Of a DNA stretch of 48,482 bases, positions 37,502 to 46,447 are shown piece by piece. The stretch's first letter is position 1. The number at the start of each line of letters is the position of its first letter. The notes under the pieces were generated by a model. The model was not told the origin of the DNA. It worked only from the letters and a program-made list of their open reading frames with translations, and made no database searches. Source of the DNA: a virus (lineage: Duplodnaviria > Caudoviricetes); IMG/VR virus record IMGVR_UViG_3300020043_005195, positions 1 to 48,482 of that record. One strand, 5' to 3'. The translations under genes were made by a program, and so were the position numbers.

Positions 37502-37798
37502 TTATTCTCCCTGCATTTGGCAGATCACTGCCTTTTCGTTTTGCTCGTCTTCACAAAAATCTCTGATAGATTCTTCCTCGTTATCATTGCGCTGTTCGCG
37601 CTCGATATCCGCGTGCTCTAAGTAGGCTTCCTCTTCGACTTCGCTGGCTTCGAAATTGGCACCTATTAAGACGCTATAGGTTTTAGCCGTAGCAGAAGCA
37701 GCCGCCTGGCTTGCCTCCGCTTTAATGCTGGCTAATGCGCTTAAAAGCAGCATGATTAAAATTAGTTCTCTAGTGGCTATGGGTTTAGAGTATTTCAT
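37502..37798 (-). CDS. Exported or membrane-anchored acidic small protein
   Basis: Signal-peptide-like N-terminus ending AEA, Glu-rich body with two Cys. Confidence 0.6.
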   Translation of the reverse strand: MKYSKPIATRELILIMLLLSALASIKAEASQAAASATAKTYSVLIGANFEASEVEEEAYLEHADIEREQRNDNEEESIRDFCEDEQNEKAVICQMQGE

Positions 37799-37800
37799 AA

Positions 37801-38403
37801 TTAACCTCTATTCGCTGAAACTAAATCAGCCTTGTCGAAGGTCACTCCAAAATCCGCATCATCTTTGCCTGATTTAAGAGGCATGATAATCATGAAATTA
37901 TCGGCTTCGAGTACCTCGAAGGTGATAGGGCTTAAGCTTCCGTTAAGCTTAACCACGTATTCAGTGCCATCAGCTAAAGGCTTCAAGAAACTGGCATTAA
38001 TTCGGAACATTAAATTTTCATGCGGTAAGTATTCATTAGAGACTTTGCCCGATTCGTAAAAATAAGCGCGTGGTGGCTTCTGACTTGATCGGTGGGGTTG
38101 ATAGTGGTGGGGTTCAATGCGATAGCTTATTTTAAGTTTATAGCTGGTCGGTATAATAGATGCGACTCGGGGATATTCGCGCTTTACGGTGCATAGAGTT
38201 TTAGGGTTAATAATTAGATCGGCTAAGCTTTGATCATATAGGCACTGCGCGTGCGCTAATATATGCCCATCCGTCGATATAAGCGCCTTGCGCTCCGATA
38301 GGTGGATATAGCCGGCTAAATTCGGTCGCGTTTCGTCCTTCGATATACAATATTGTACTATCTCCAGCATTTTTTCGTAGGGTTTTTTCTGTTTTTTAGC
38401 CAT
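37801..38403 (-). CDS. Truncated DNA polymerase III beta-clamp (DnaN)-like protein
   Basis: 'ISKDETRPNLAG', 'ISTDGHILA', 'EYPRVASIIP', 'INASFL', 'IIMPLK' match beta-clamp domain II/III motifs; ATG 38403 after AGGAG; 200 aa. Confidence 0.7.
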   Translation of the reverse strand: MAKKQKKPYEKMLEIVQYCISKDETRPNLAGYIHLSERKALISTDGHILAHAQCLYDQSLADLIINPKTLCTVKREYPRVASIIPTSYKLKISYRIEPHHYQPHRSSQKPPRAYFYESGKVSNEYLPHENLMFRINASFLKPLADGTEYVVKLNGSLSPITFEVLEADNFMIIMPLKSGKDDADFGVTFDKADLVSANRG

Positions 38404-38502
38404 TTTTTCGTCTCCTATATAGTGGGCAATAGAGCCCGTTAAGTTATTGATTTTACGTTGTAGCGTATATTGCACTGGAATTCGTGTTCCACAAGCATGG
38501 AC

Positions 38503-38531
38503 TTGATAGCTTTTTAAAAAGAGTGTGTCAA
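38503..38531 (-). promoter_or_regulatory. Putative early promoter TTGACA-N17-TATCAA
   Basis: Perfect -35 and 17-bp spacer upstream of the first - strand gene; -10 imperfect. Confidence 0.55.
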
Positions 38532-38616
38532 CTGGAATCTCTTTGGCTGTTTATAACTCAGGGCATAAAATCACTTTGCTGCCTCTGGTATAAATATTTT
38601 ATGAGGTTGTAAGTAT

Positions 38617-38645
38617 TTGAAAGTGTTAGTGTAGTGGGGTATAAT
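38617..38645 (+). promoter_or_regulatory. Sigma70-type promoter TTGAAA-N17-TATAAT
   Basis: 11/12 consensus match with 17-bp spacer; points into the non-coding region. Confidence 0.6.
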
Positions 38646-39328
38646 AAGCATAGTCTATTTATAACAAATTAGGTGAGTTATAGGTGCGCAGGTTCCAGGT
38701 GCAGTAATACGAATTTTAGAAATGTTTGGAAATCAGTACATGCATCTTTGCATAGGCTAGCTACACTATACGACTTTGCTGTTTTTCCACAAAAGTGCCT
38801 ATATATCGTAGTACGCTGCGACGCTCAGCATAGCACACTATACAATTGCATAGCGTGCTATCGTACATAGCGGCATATCGTACTAATAGCAGCTAAAAGT
38901 ACTTAATGCGTATTATCATATTGCGCTATACTCTCCACTTCGCGACTCTATGCCTAGCCTCGCATATACTCGGCGGCGCGGAGAGTTTAACTCCGACTCT
39001 CCGCGTCCAAGCTATTGGGTATTTTTGGCGCTCCTAAATAGCCTTTAAAACGCTTCGAACACTCCAGCCCTGCCCTACGTATACCCTACCGCTCTAAAAG
39101 CTCTCAAATCGAATCCTCGTAAGCCTGCATTGATCCCTGCCACTTAGATCATTGGAGAGTTTAAGGCTTACATGACTTAGCAGTCTACGGGCTTAGATCA
39201 ATAGACTATAGGCTATAGCTGTGCAGGTGCGTTAGAAGCAGCCGCGTCATCGCGCGTGCGTGCGCGTGGTATAGTCATAGGCATATAGACTATAGGTGCG
39301 TGGTGGGTGGGGTAGCAGGTATAGACTA

Positions 39329-39383
39329 GTAGGGTACGCGCGTGAGGTATAGACTGGTAGGGTACGCGCGTGAGGTATAGACT
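39329..39383 (+). repeat. 27-bp tandem repeat x2 (period 28)
   Basis: GTAGGGTACGCGCGTGAGGTATAGACT at 39329 and 39357. Confidence 0.9.
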
Positions 39384-39458
39384 ATGGGTGGGGGAGGGGG
39401 TGGCGCCCCCATTTGTGCGCGGTGTGGCGGGGGATATCCCACCACGTCTCAAAAATTC

Positions 39459-39553
39459 TAAAACTTAAAACCACTACTGCATTGTGTCATAGTATACAGG
39501 TAATAGCTGTAAAACTTAAAACCACTACTGCATTGTGTCATAGTATACAGGTA
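39459..39553 (+). repeat. 44-bp direct repeat x2 (period 51)
   Basis: TAAAACTTAAAACCACTACTGCATTGTGTCATAGTATACAGGTA at 39459 and 39510. Confidence 0.92.
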
Positions 39554-39677
39554 GCATCCCTCCCCCGCTTGAAAATATGGAGATTTTTTGTAACCAAAAC
39601 TACCTAGAAATGGATACAAAAAGTGACCACCCTCCCCACCTTGGAAAAATACATACGAAAAATATTGACTCCTCCGG

Positions 39678-39706
39678 TTGAATATGTCGACGAAACGATT
39701 TAGACT
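39678..39706 (+). promoter_or_regulatory. Putative promoter TTGAAT-N17-TAGACT for terS (leaderless)
   Basis: Six bases separate the -10 from the ATG; no SD present. Confidence 0.5.
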
Positions 39707-39712
39707 GCCCCT

Positions 39713-40294
39713 ATGAGGCTAACAGATAAGGCAAGAGATTTTATTCAATACTATGACGGCGACGACGTGAAATGCATGCGTTTAGCAGGGTACGAAGGTG
39801 CCGATATCTATCTGCAGAAAAAAGCCGAGGAACTGCTCAAGAATCCCATAGTGCAAAAAGCCCTACAGGACAGAGACAAATACTACGAATCGAGAACCCA
39901 AATAGTCGCCGACCGGCAGGAACGACAGGCGTGGTGGACCAGTATCATGCGGAACAAAGATCCTGATGCCGTTCCAGAATACGACGGTAATGGACTCCCT
40001 AAGTCAACAAACGTCCCTCTGCCTACCCGACTAAAGGCATCCGAAATGCTGGGTAAGTCGGAGGGGGATTTTATCGAAAGGCATATTCACGAAGGTAACA
40101 TTACGATCACGGATATCATTCGCCAGAGCTATTCTCTTGACGATCCTGCGGAAGACGTAGAAGCTATAGAAGCGGCGTATCGTGAAATTAAAAATAAGAA
40201 AGAGTTGATCGAAGAGATTACTCCGGTTGAAACTCCAAACACGCCGACGGGGTCAACGGGAGAAACAGAACTAGATATAGCAACATTTTTATAA
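39713..40294 (+). CDS. terS: Terminase small subunit
   Basis: 'LTDKARDFIQYY', 'LAGY', 'LLKNPIV', 'RLKASEMLGK'; first gene of the packaging block. Confidence 0.8.
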   Translation: MRLTDKARDFIQYYDGDDVKCMRLAGYEGADIYLQKKAEELLKNPIVQKALQDRDKYYESRTQIVADRQERQAWWTSIMRNKDPDAVPEYDGNGLPKSTNVPLPTRLKASEMLGKSEGDFIERHIHEGNITITDIIRQSYSLDDPAEDVEAIEAAYREIKNKKELIEEITPVETPNTPTGSTGETELDIATFL

Positions 40295-40305
40295 CGAGGT
40301 AAAAT

Positions 40306-40590
40306 ATGTCAGAACAATCAGTACACGAAAATCAAACTAACTTTAGCTACCCATCGCCGGATGCCTTTGCTGTAACTCCGCACGCATCTAATAACATCGT
40401 CGACTCTAACTCTGTGGTTCGTACTGCCAGAGCATTGTTCATCGGCGTAGGCGGGAACGTGACTCTTGTAACTAAAGCTGGCAATGTGGTTCTGTTTAAG
40501 AACTTACCAAGTGGTTCCATACTCCCTGTATCTTGCATTAGAGTTAATGCGGTAGGGACGGCGGCGACTGACATCGTAGCACTTTTCTAA
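40306..40590 (+). CDS. Head spike base protein (RcGTA Rcc01079-like)
   Basis: 'AFAVTP...RALFIGVGGNV...FKNLPSGSILPV...VNAVGTAATDIVAL' pattern. Confidence 0.75.
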   Translation: MSEQSVHENQTNFSYPSPDAFAVTPHASNNIVDSNSVVRTARALFIGVGGNVTLVTKAGNVVLFKNLPSGSILPVSCIRVNAVGTAATDIVALF

Positions 40591-40599
40591 AGAGGTTTT

Positions 40600-41316
40600 A
40601 TGATCGGAATATCTATAGGGATGAATAGTCGCGTAGGGAGTCAAAATACTCCGTCACTATCGTACCTAACCAATATTACTGCGTGGTATAAATGGGACGC
40701 AGGAGTTCTTAATTCCAGTGACCTGCCTGCGGCCAGTGATGATCCTATAAAGACGTGGCAGGATCAGGTTGGAGGGTTTCATCTTACTCAGGCGACATCA
40801 AATTTTAGACCGCTATTCAAGGGCAATCATTTACTATTCGACGGAACAAACGATCAATTAATTATAACTACTGGATCACTACAGGTTAATGGTGGGGCTA
40901 CTTTTGTTATATGGGAGCCATTGGCGACTGCCACAGGTATCGCCGATATTATCTGTGGTGGGACTAATGACGGGCAGACTTGGCGAGAGGTTAGTCAAGA
41001 CGGAACTTCAGTCAGTGTGAGAATGTATGCAGGGAACTTTGTCAACACTGTTTCCTACGCCTACGGCGTGCCTCATGTAACTTCATTAATCTATGCAGGT
41101 GCGAATTCGGTTCAGAGAAAAAATGGGGTAGAAACGGGACCTGCTAACGCCGGAACCAACTCCGGCACAGGGATGAGTGTCGGAGCTAACCGGAACCCTG
41201 AAGGTGGTAGAGCGTGGAAAGGTAAAATCAAAGAGATTATAGTTTATAGTGTAGCGCCTGCGGGAGCTGACCTCTCAACAGTGGAGTCTTACTTAACGGC
41301 TAGATCTTATCTATGA
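40600..41316 (+). CDS. Head spike/fibre with LamG/concanavalin-like domain
   Basis: N-terminal 'MIGISIGM' anchor peptide; 'TWQDQ', 'FDGTND', 'GKIKEIIVY'. Confidence 0.65.
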   Translation: MIGISIGMNSRVGSQNTPSLSYLTNITAWYKWDAGVLNSSDLPAASDDPIKTWQDQVGGFHLTQATSNFRPLFKGNHLLFDGTNDQLIITTGSLQVNGGATFVIWEPLATATGIADIICGGTNDGQTWREVSQDGTSVSVRMYAGNFVNTVSYAYGVPHVTSLIYAGANSVQRKNGVETGPANAGTNSGTGMSVGANRNPEGGRAWKGKIKEIIVYSVAPAGADLSTVESYLTARSYL

Positions 41317-42854
41317 CGGATATCGGATTTCCTAACATAACCAAGATAGCTAACAAGCCATCGACTCTCCAGCCAGCTCACATGATGAAGCTGTGGAGAC
41401 ATAAGCCTAAAATATTTTTTGAAGATGCCATGGATCTCAAGCTAGATACTTGGCAGGAAGACTGTGTAGAACTCTATATGCACAATCAACGTCTAGCCAT
41501 GATAGCCTCGAAGGGGCCGGGAAAAACTTTCCTACTTAATTGTCTCGCATGGCATTTCTTTATCACGCACCATCAGCCCAAGGTGGCGGCGCTATCAATC
41601 TCGAAGGATCACTTAATGTCCAACCTTTGGGCGGAGCTTTTAAAATGGCGAGCTAAATCTCCCCTACTTAAAAACTCCACTAATGACGGCTTCTCTAAGA
41701 TCACACTTAAAGGGCATGAAGGGTATTCGTTCATTGATGCCAGAGCCTATCCTAAACAATCAGACGAGACCCAGCAGGCTTCGGCTCTAGCCGGTCTTCA
41801 CTCTGACAACGTAGCCTTTATTATCGATGAAGCAGGTATGATCCCTGACGCCGTATTAGCCACTGCGGACGCGGCTCTTTCTACGGGCGATGAGAACGGT
41901 AAGAGAGCTAGACTAATCTGCACCGGCAACCCGGAGTATCCACGGGGTATTATCTATAAAGCTTATCAAGGTAAATCGATTCAGAAGTGGGCGATCTATT
42001 CAGTCTCAGGGGATCCCGACGATCCTAGGCGAGCGCCAAGGGTTTCTAAGCTTTGGGCCCAAGAAATGATTGACACCTACGGGCGGGACCATCCATGGGT
42101 TATGGTCAACGTATTAGCTAAATATCCTAACGTGACAGTAGACTTTTTACTTAACGAACAGGAGATTGATGAGTCGATGAGACTTGAGGTAGCTGACGTC
42201 CTTGTCCAGAACTCTCAGGTTCGCCTAGGAGTCGATGTGGCACGCGGGGGTATAGACTCTACTGTCTTCTCTCGCCGACGTGGAATGAAGGCATATCCTT
42301 TCGTTGAGTACCCATCTACAGATAATGGTCCGACGGTGGCGGGTAACATCGCTTTCCAGTGCCAAGAGAATGGGGTGGAGCGGGTATTCGTGGACGACAC
42401 AGGGGGTTATGGATCTTCGGTCATCGACAGTCTTTTACTCTTCCCCACCATTGACGCGACTGCTATTAAGTATAATGCTTCAGCGCAAGATAAAACTAGG
42501 TACATAAATAAAAGAACAGAAATGTGGGTCAGAATGAGGGATTGGGTTCGTCGTGGCGGGAAATTGCCCAACGATCCAAAGCTCAAAGAAGAACTCATGA
42601 TGCCCAAGATCTACTATAATGGAACGGTCATGCAGCTCGAAAGCAAAGAGCAAATTAAGATCCGACTGGGTCGATCTCCTGATAGAGCCGACGCTTTAGC
42701 TCAGACTTTCTGCGACGTGGAGGAGAAGTCCACCGGAGCTAAGTTCCTTAATGATCGGGGAGAACCAGTCTATACCGCCCCACAAAGGATGCATCTTAGC
42801 GATTCAGCTCACATTGACGGATTGAATCAACCGTATTCTAATTATAGTGCATAA
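41313..42854 (+). CDS. terL: Terminase large subunit
   Basis: Walker A 'KGPGKT', Walker B 'IIDEA', 'GNP', nuclease 'GVDVARGG', 'SPDRADAL'. Confidence 0.93.
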   Translation: MTDIGFPNITKIANKPSTLQPAHMMKLWRHKPKIFFEDAMDLKLDTWQEDCVELYMHNQRLAMIASKGPGKTFLLNCLAWHFFITHHQPKVAALSISKDHLMSNLWAELLKWRAKSPLLKNSTNDGFSKITLKGHEGYSFIDARAYPKQSDETQQASALAGLHSDNVAFIIDEAGMIPDAVLATADAALSTGDENGKRARLICTGNPEYPRGIIYKAYQGKSIQKWAIYSVSGDPDDPRRAPRVSKLWAQEMIDTYGRDHPWVMVNVLAKYPNVTVDFLLNEQEIDESMRLEVADVLVQNSQVRLGVDVARGGIDSTVFSRRRGMKAYPFVEYPSTDNGPTVAGNIAFQCQENGVERVFVDDTGGYGSSVIDSLLLFPTIDATAIKYNASAQDKTRYINKRTEMWVRMRDWVRRGGKLPNDPKLKEELMMPKIYYNGTVMQLESKEQIKIRLGRSPDRADALAQTFCDVEEKSTGAKFLNDRGEPVYTAPQRMHLSDSAHIDGLNQPYSNYSA

Positions 42855-42880
42855 ACTTTAAGCGGGTGTTAGGATAAACT

Positions 42881-43273
42881 ATGGCATTAGGGTTTTTAGA
42901 AGACATTGGCATTAGTAAAGATGGAGTCGTAGGCGGCTTCATAGGTAATGCCGTTGGCGCACTTTTCGGACCTGCAGCGGCGGGAATAGGTGCAGTCGGC
43001 GGCTTTGTGGGCGGCTCGATTAAAAGCATTAAGAAGAAAGCCTACATCGCTAAAGAGAAAGCATATAATGAAGCCGAAGATGCCCGAATAAGATCAGTGA
43101 TGAGAGACTACGGGTCTCAGAAGCAGACCATGGATACTATCTCTGCAGGATTTAAAAGAGGAAAGGTAGGGCGAGGCTCTGCAATTCCCGATCCTATCGC
43201 AGATACCTCAGGGTTTATCGGCGACGGCTTAGATCAAGGCAGTGGAATACCTTCAACTTCAGGAACTTTTTAA
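42881..43273 (+). CDS. Gly-rich hypothetical (possible virion) protein
   Basis: Glycine-zipper N-terminus; lies between terL and portal. Confidence 0.65.
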   Translation: MALGFLEDIGISKDGVVGGFIGNAVGALFGPAAAGIGAVGGFVGGSIKSIKKKAYIAKEKAYNEAEDARIRSVMRDYGSQKQTMDTISAGFKRGKVGRGSAIPDPIADTSGFIGDGLDQGSGIPSTSGTF

Positions 43274-43283
43274 AGGAAAATAT

Positions 43284-43574
43284 ATGGCCGTTAGAAAAAT
43301 CAAAAAGAAAAAAGTATCTCCTCTTGATAAAGCGCAAGGCGTTTTAGAGCAGCAAGAGCTAGAAGACGGGTCTACCGTACTAAGCCTTCTCGAAAGTGGA
43401 GCCTATGATTCCCCTATTGAAAAGCAAAGGGAGGCTAAAATGCGTATAGAAACTCCTAGAATCGACGGTATGGCCGTAGCGGCAGGACAGACTGGAGTGG
43501 TCAGACAACAAGCTGAGATGGATATAGCTGCCAAAAAAGAAGCTAGAAAGAAGAAAGTTCAAAGTAAGAAATAG
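43284..43574 (+). CDS. Hypothetical basic protein
   Basis: ATG 43284 after AAGGA; Lys-rich termini. Confidence 0.6.
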   Translation: MAVRKIKKKKVSPLDKAQGVLEQQELEDGSTVLSLLESGAYDSPIEKQREAKMRIETPRIDGMAVAAGQTGVVRQQAEMDIAAKKEARKKKVQSKK

Positions 43575-43583
43575 GGGTTTAAT

Positions 43584-45365
43584 ATGAGCAGCTCACCTTT
43601 AACCTATTCGGACATAGTACGCCTTAAAGCGTCTATGTACAATAATAGATCTCGCTACCTCGACAAATGGAAGGAAGCTGCACAGTTTTTATCTCCTAAT
43701 CGATTCAATAATAATCCATCAGATAAGCACAACGGATCTAGAAAAGATCAGAAGATCTTTAAGATTAGTGCAAGACTAGCTCTCCGATCTTTTATATCAG
43801 GTATGATGAACGGAGCCACCCCACAGTCAAGACCTTGGTTCAGGTTAGTCGAAGCAGATGCCATCGCCGGTCAGACTAAAGATTCCCGAAACTTTTTTAG
43901 TGCCTGTGAGAAAATTCTTACTTCTTACTTTCAACTATCGAATCTATATAGAGTACTTCCGATGAGCTACAAGGACGTGGGCACGTTTTCTAACAGTGCT
44001 TTCGCCATGCTTGAACACCCTAATACTGGATTCTATTTCTATCCTTTTGCTATTGGATCCTTCGGGTTCTCTAGCAATGCTGAGGGTAGGACAGATACTT
44101 TCTTTAGAGAGTTCTCCCTATCAATAAAGCAAGTGGTACAGATGCACGGCAAGCTTACACCCACAGGGCATATCGACTGGGAAAATTCTTTGAACGCTGG
44201 CATTAAAGCTATGTGGGACTCGGCGAGATATGAGGAATCAATAATCCTCACTAACCTTATTGTTCCGAATCCTAATCCAAAACAGTCACCGCTATACTCT
44301 AAAGATAAAAGATTTCAATCATTCACTTATGTAGATGCCGTCGGGCAGGGAGTCCCTAATCAGACTCCGATGGGTTTTGCTCAGAGCCGAGGCAATTCTA
44401 ATCATGTAAATACCCCGATGAAAGACGGAGAGTTCTTATCGGTTAAAGGCTACGACTACTTTCCTATCATAACTCCAAGATGGGAGGTGTCCCCAGAAGA
44501 GGACTACGGCGTAGACGGTCCGGGTGAAATGGCCATTGCTACAGTTAAAGGGCTCCAAGAGAAAGAGAAATATCGTCAGGAAGCTATCGCTAAATTAGTT
44601 AAGCCTCCTATGGTGGGACCTGCATCCCTTAAGAGACATCAGTCATCCATTCTTGCGGGCGGGATCACCTACATCGACGAGTCGGTGAAAGGTCAGTTCA
44701 GACCTGCTTTCAGCATTGATCCTAGATTGTCGGAGCTAGTGAATAGTGTGAACGAAGACGTGCAGGAAATTAAATCTTGTTTCTTCGAAGATCTATTCAT
44801 GATGCTTGCATACGAGAAGCCAATTTCGCACATTACTAAAGCGGAAATTGATGAGCGTGCCGCTGAAAAAATGCAGGCATTGAATCCTGTACTGGGTCAG
44901 TTAGACTTTGATCAGAACGGTCCTATTATTGAGAACGCATTTCATATTCTTTATAAAAATGGAAAGCTTCCTGAAATTCCTAAATCACTACGTGGAAGAA
45001 AAATCAAGCCAGAATATATTTCTGTTCTTGCTCAAGCTTCTAAAGCAGCAATGGGAGTTTCAGTGGAGAAGGCAGTAGGATTCGTAGGAAGCTACGCGAA
45101 CGCCATGGGAGATCCGACTCTCAATCAAATATTTAATCATGAAGAACTTCTTAAGAGATACTGTATTGAGTACACAGGTATTGATCCTGATCTCATCAGA
45201 GATGATCAAGAGTTTAAGCAGATTAAAGAAAATATTCGCCAACAGCAAGCGATGGCAGCACAGATGCAACGTGCAGCCGGAGAAGCCGCAGTGGCCAAGG
45301 ATCTTAGTCAAGCTCAAACAGGCAATGACTCTCTTCTTGACAGTGTAATGGGCGAACAGGCATAG
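43584..45365 (+). CDS. Portal (head-tail connector), BPP-1-like
   Basis: 'SGMMNGATPQSRPWF', 'PRWE...YG..GPG', 'TKAEIDERAAEKMQALNPV'. Confidence 0.93.
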   Translation: MSSSPLTYSDIVRLKASMYNNRSRYLDKWKEAAQFLSPNRFNNNPSDKHNGSRKDQKIFKISARLALRSFISGMMNGATPQSRPWFRLVEADAIAGQTKDSRNFFSACEKILTSYFQLSNLYRVLPMSYKDVGTFSNSAFAMLEHPNTGFYFYPFAIGSFGFSSNAEGRTDTFFREFSLSIKQVVQMHGKLTPTGHIDWENSLNAGIKAMWDSARYEESIILTNLIVPNPNPKQSPLYSKDKRFQSFTYVDAVGQGVPNQTPMGFAQSRGNSNHVNTPMKDGEFLSVKGYDYFPIITPRWEVSPEEDYGVDGPGEMAIATVKGLQEKEKYRQEAIAKLVKPPMVGPASLKRHQSSILAGGITYIDESVKGQFRPAFSIDPRLSELVNSVNEDVQEIKSCFFEDLFMMLAYEKPISHITKAEIDERAAEKMQALNPVLGQLDFDQNGPIIENAFHILYKNGKLPEIPKSLRGRKIKPEYISVLAQASKAAMGVSVEKAVGFVGSYANAMGDPTLNQIFNHEELLKRYCIEYTGIDPDLIRDDQEFKQIKENIRQQQAMAAQMQRAAGEAAVAKDLSQAQTGNDSLLDSVMGEQA

Positions 45366-45372
45366 TCGATTT

Positions 45373-45798
45373 ATGGACGATACTAAATTAACTGAAAAAG
45401 AAATTGCTAAAGAAGCTTTAGAGAAGATCGATATTCAAAATGTCATGGGCTCTGATAGCGGTCGCCGTTTTGTATGGCGGATCCTAGAGTACTGCGGGAT
45501 CTATCGAGATATCGACGGGGAAAATATTGACGTTTACAAAGCCCTCGGCAATCGCCAAGCGGGGCTTTACATATTAGGAATTGTCTCTGATGTCTGTGAG
45601 GAACAACTGTTTCTCATGATGAAAGAGGCACGTAACAAAAAACTTTTAGAGGAGAGAGATTATGACTACAGCGAATACGGCACCAGCGGAAATAACACCA
45701 GCACCAGCGGCAGTGGCCACACCAGCGCCAGCGACGCCCTCGACCTCGACGGATACTTCGACTCCGGTCGCGCCTTCGACATCGACACCGTCATCTGA
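45373..45798 (+). CDS. Bbp19-like protein
   Basis: 'VMGSDSGRRFVWRILEYCG' immediately after portal. Confidence 0.7.
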   Translation: MDDTKLTEKEIAKEALEKIDIQNVMGSDSGRRFVWRILEYCGIYRDIDGENIDVYKALGNRQAGLYILGIVSDVCEEQLFLMMKEARNKKLLEERDYDYSEYGTSGNNTSTSGSGHTSASDALDLDGYFDSGRAFDIDTVI

Positions 45799-46378
45799 TA
45801 CACCTGCACCGGCTACGCCTCCAGTAGAGGAAAGCGTACTTGCAAAAGTAGATGATCCTGCAGTAGTTCCTCCAGTGGTAGAGCCTGAAGAATATGATCT
45901 AGAACTCAGTGCTGACTCTCCACTCTCAGAAGAGGATCTAGATAACGTAGCTAAGATTGCTGAAGATAGAGGGCTCACAAAAGAGCAAGCCACTAATCTT
46001 TTAAAAAATATGGAGAAAGCATATTCAACTGGAGCTGCGAAGGCGCTAGAAACTTCAAGACTTGAAAACGCAGAGATGAAAAAACAGCTAATTTCTGATC
46101 CACTTTTTAATTCAAAAGAAAAAATAGTTGAGAGTTTGGGAAAAATAAACAATGTTTTAGTTAAATTCGGAGGCGAAAATAGGGCTGAACTTATCAAGCT
46201 TTTTAAGGGTCCAGCGGGCAACAACCTTCACCTAGCTAAACTATTGATATCAATCGCAAATGCGGGCGCTGACGATACCGTGATAACCCCTAAAAATCCG
46301 GGCAATACCATCGTCGAAAGTGACCGTACAAAACAGCTTCGAGAAACCTACCCATCATTTTTTGAGAAAAAAGATTGA
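45662..46378 (+). CDS. Capsid scaffolding protein
   Basis: Pro/Ala/Thr-rich N-terminus, 'PEEYDL', 'GLTKEQA', C-terminal 'YPSFF'; precedes major capsid gene. Confidence 0.8.
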   Translation: MTTANTAPAEITPAPAAVATPAPATPSTSTDTSTPVAPSTSTPSSDTPAPATPPVEESVLAKVDDPAVVPPVVEPEEYDLELSADSPLSEEDLDNVAKIAEDRGLTKEQATNLLKNMEKAYSTGAAKALETSRLENAEMKKQLISDPLFNSKEKIVESLGKINNVLVKFGGENRAELIKLFKGPAGNNLHLAKLLISIANAGADDTVITPKNPGNTIVESDRTKQLRETYPSFFEKKD

Positions 46379-46447
46379 CACAGAAATATATCTCGACGAC
46401 GATATAATTAATTGTAATTAATACCCAATTTAACGGGAAGGTAAAAT

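Noticed and set aside
39329-39553. CRISPR mini-array
   Set aside because: Only two copies of each repeat, with 1- and 7-bp gaps and no spacers; the Cas4-like gene is a standard DUF2800 replication nuclease.
38673-39607. Short ORFs in the large intergenic region
   Set aside because: No SD, translations dictated by repeats, no recognisable motifs.
45646-46224. 192-aa antisense ORF
   Set aside because: Mirror of the low-complexity scaffold gene; no RBS or motifs.
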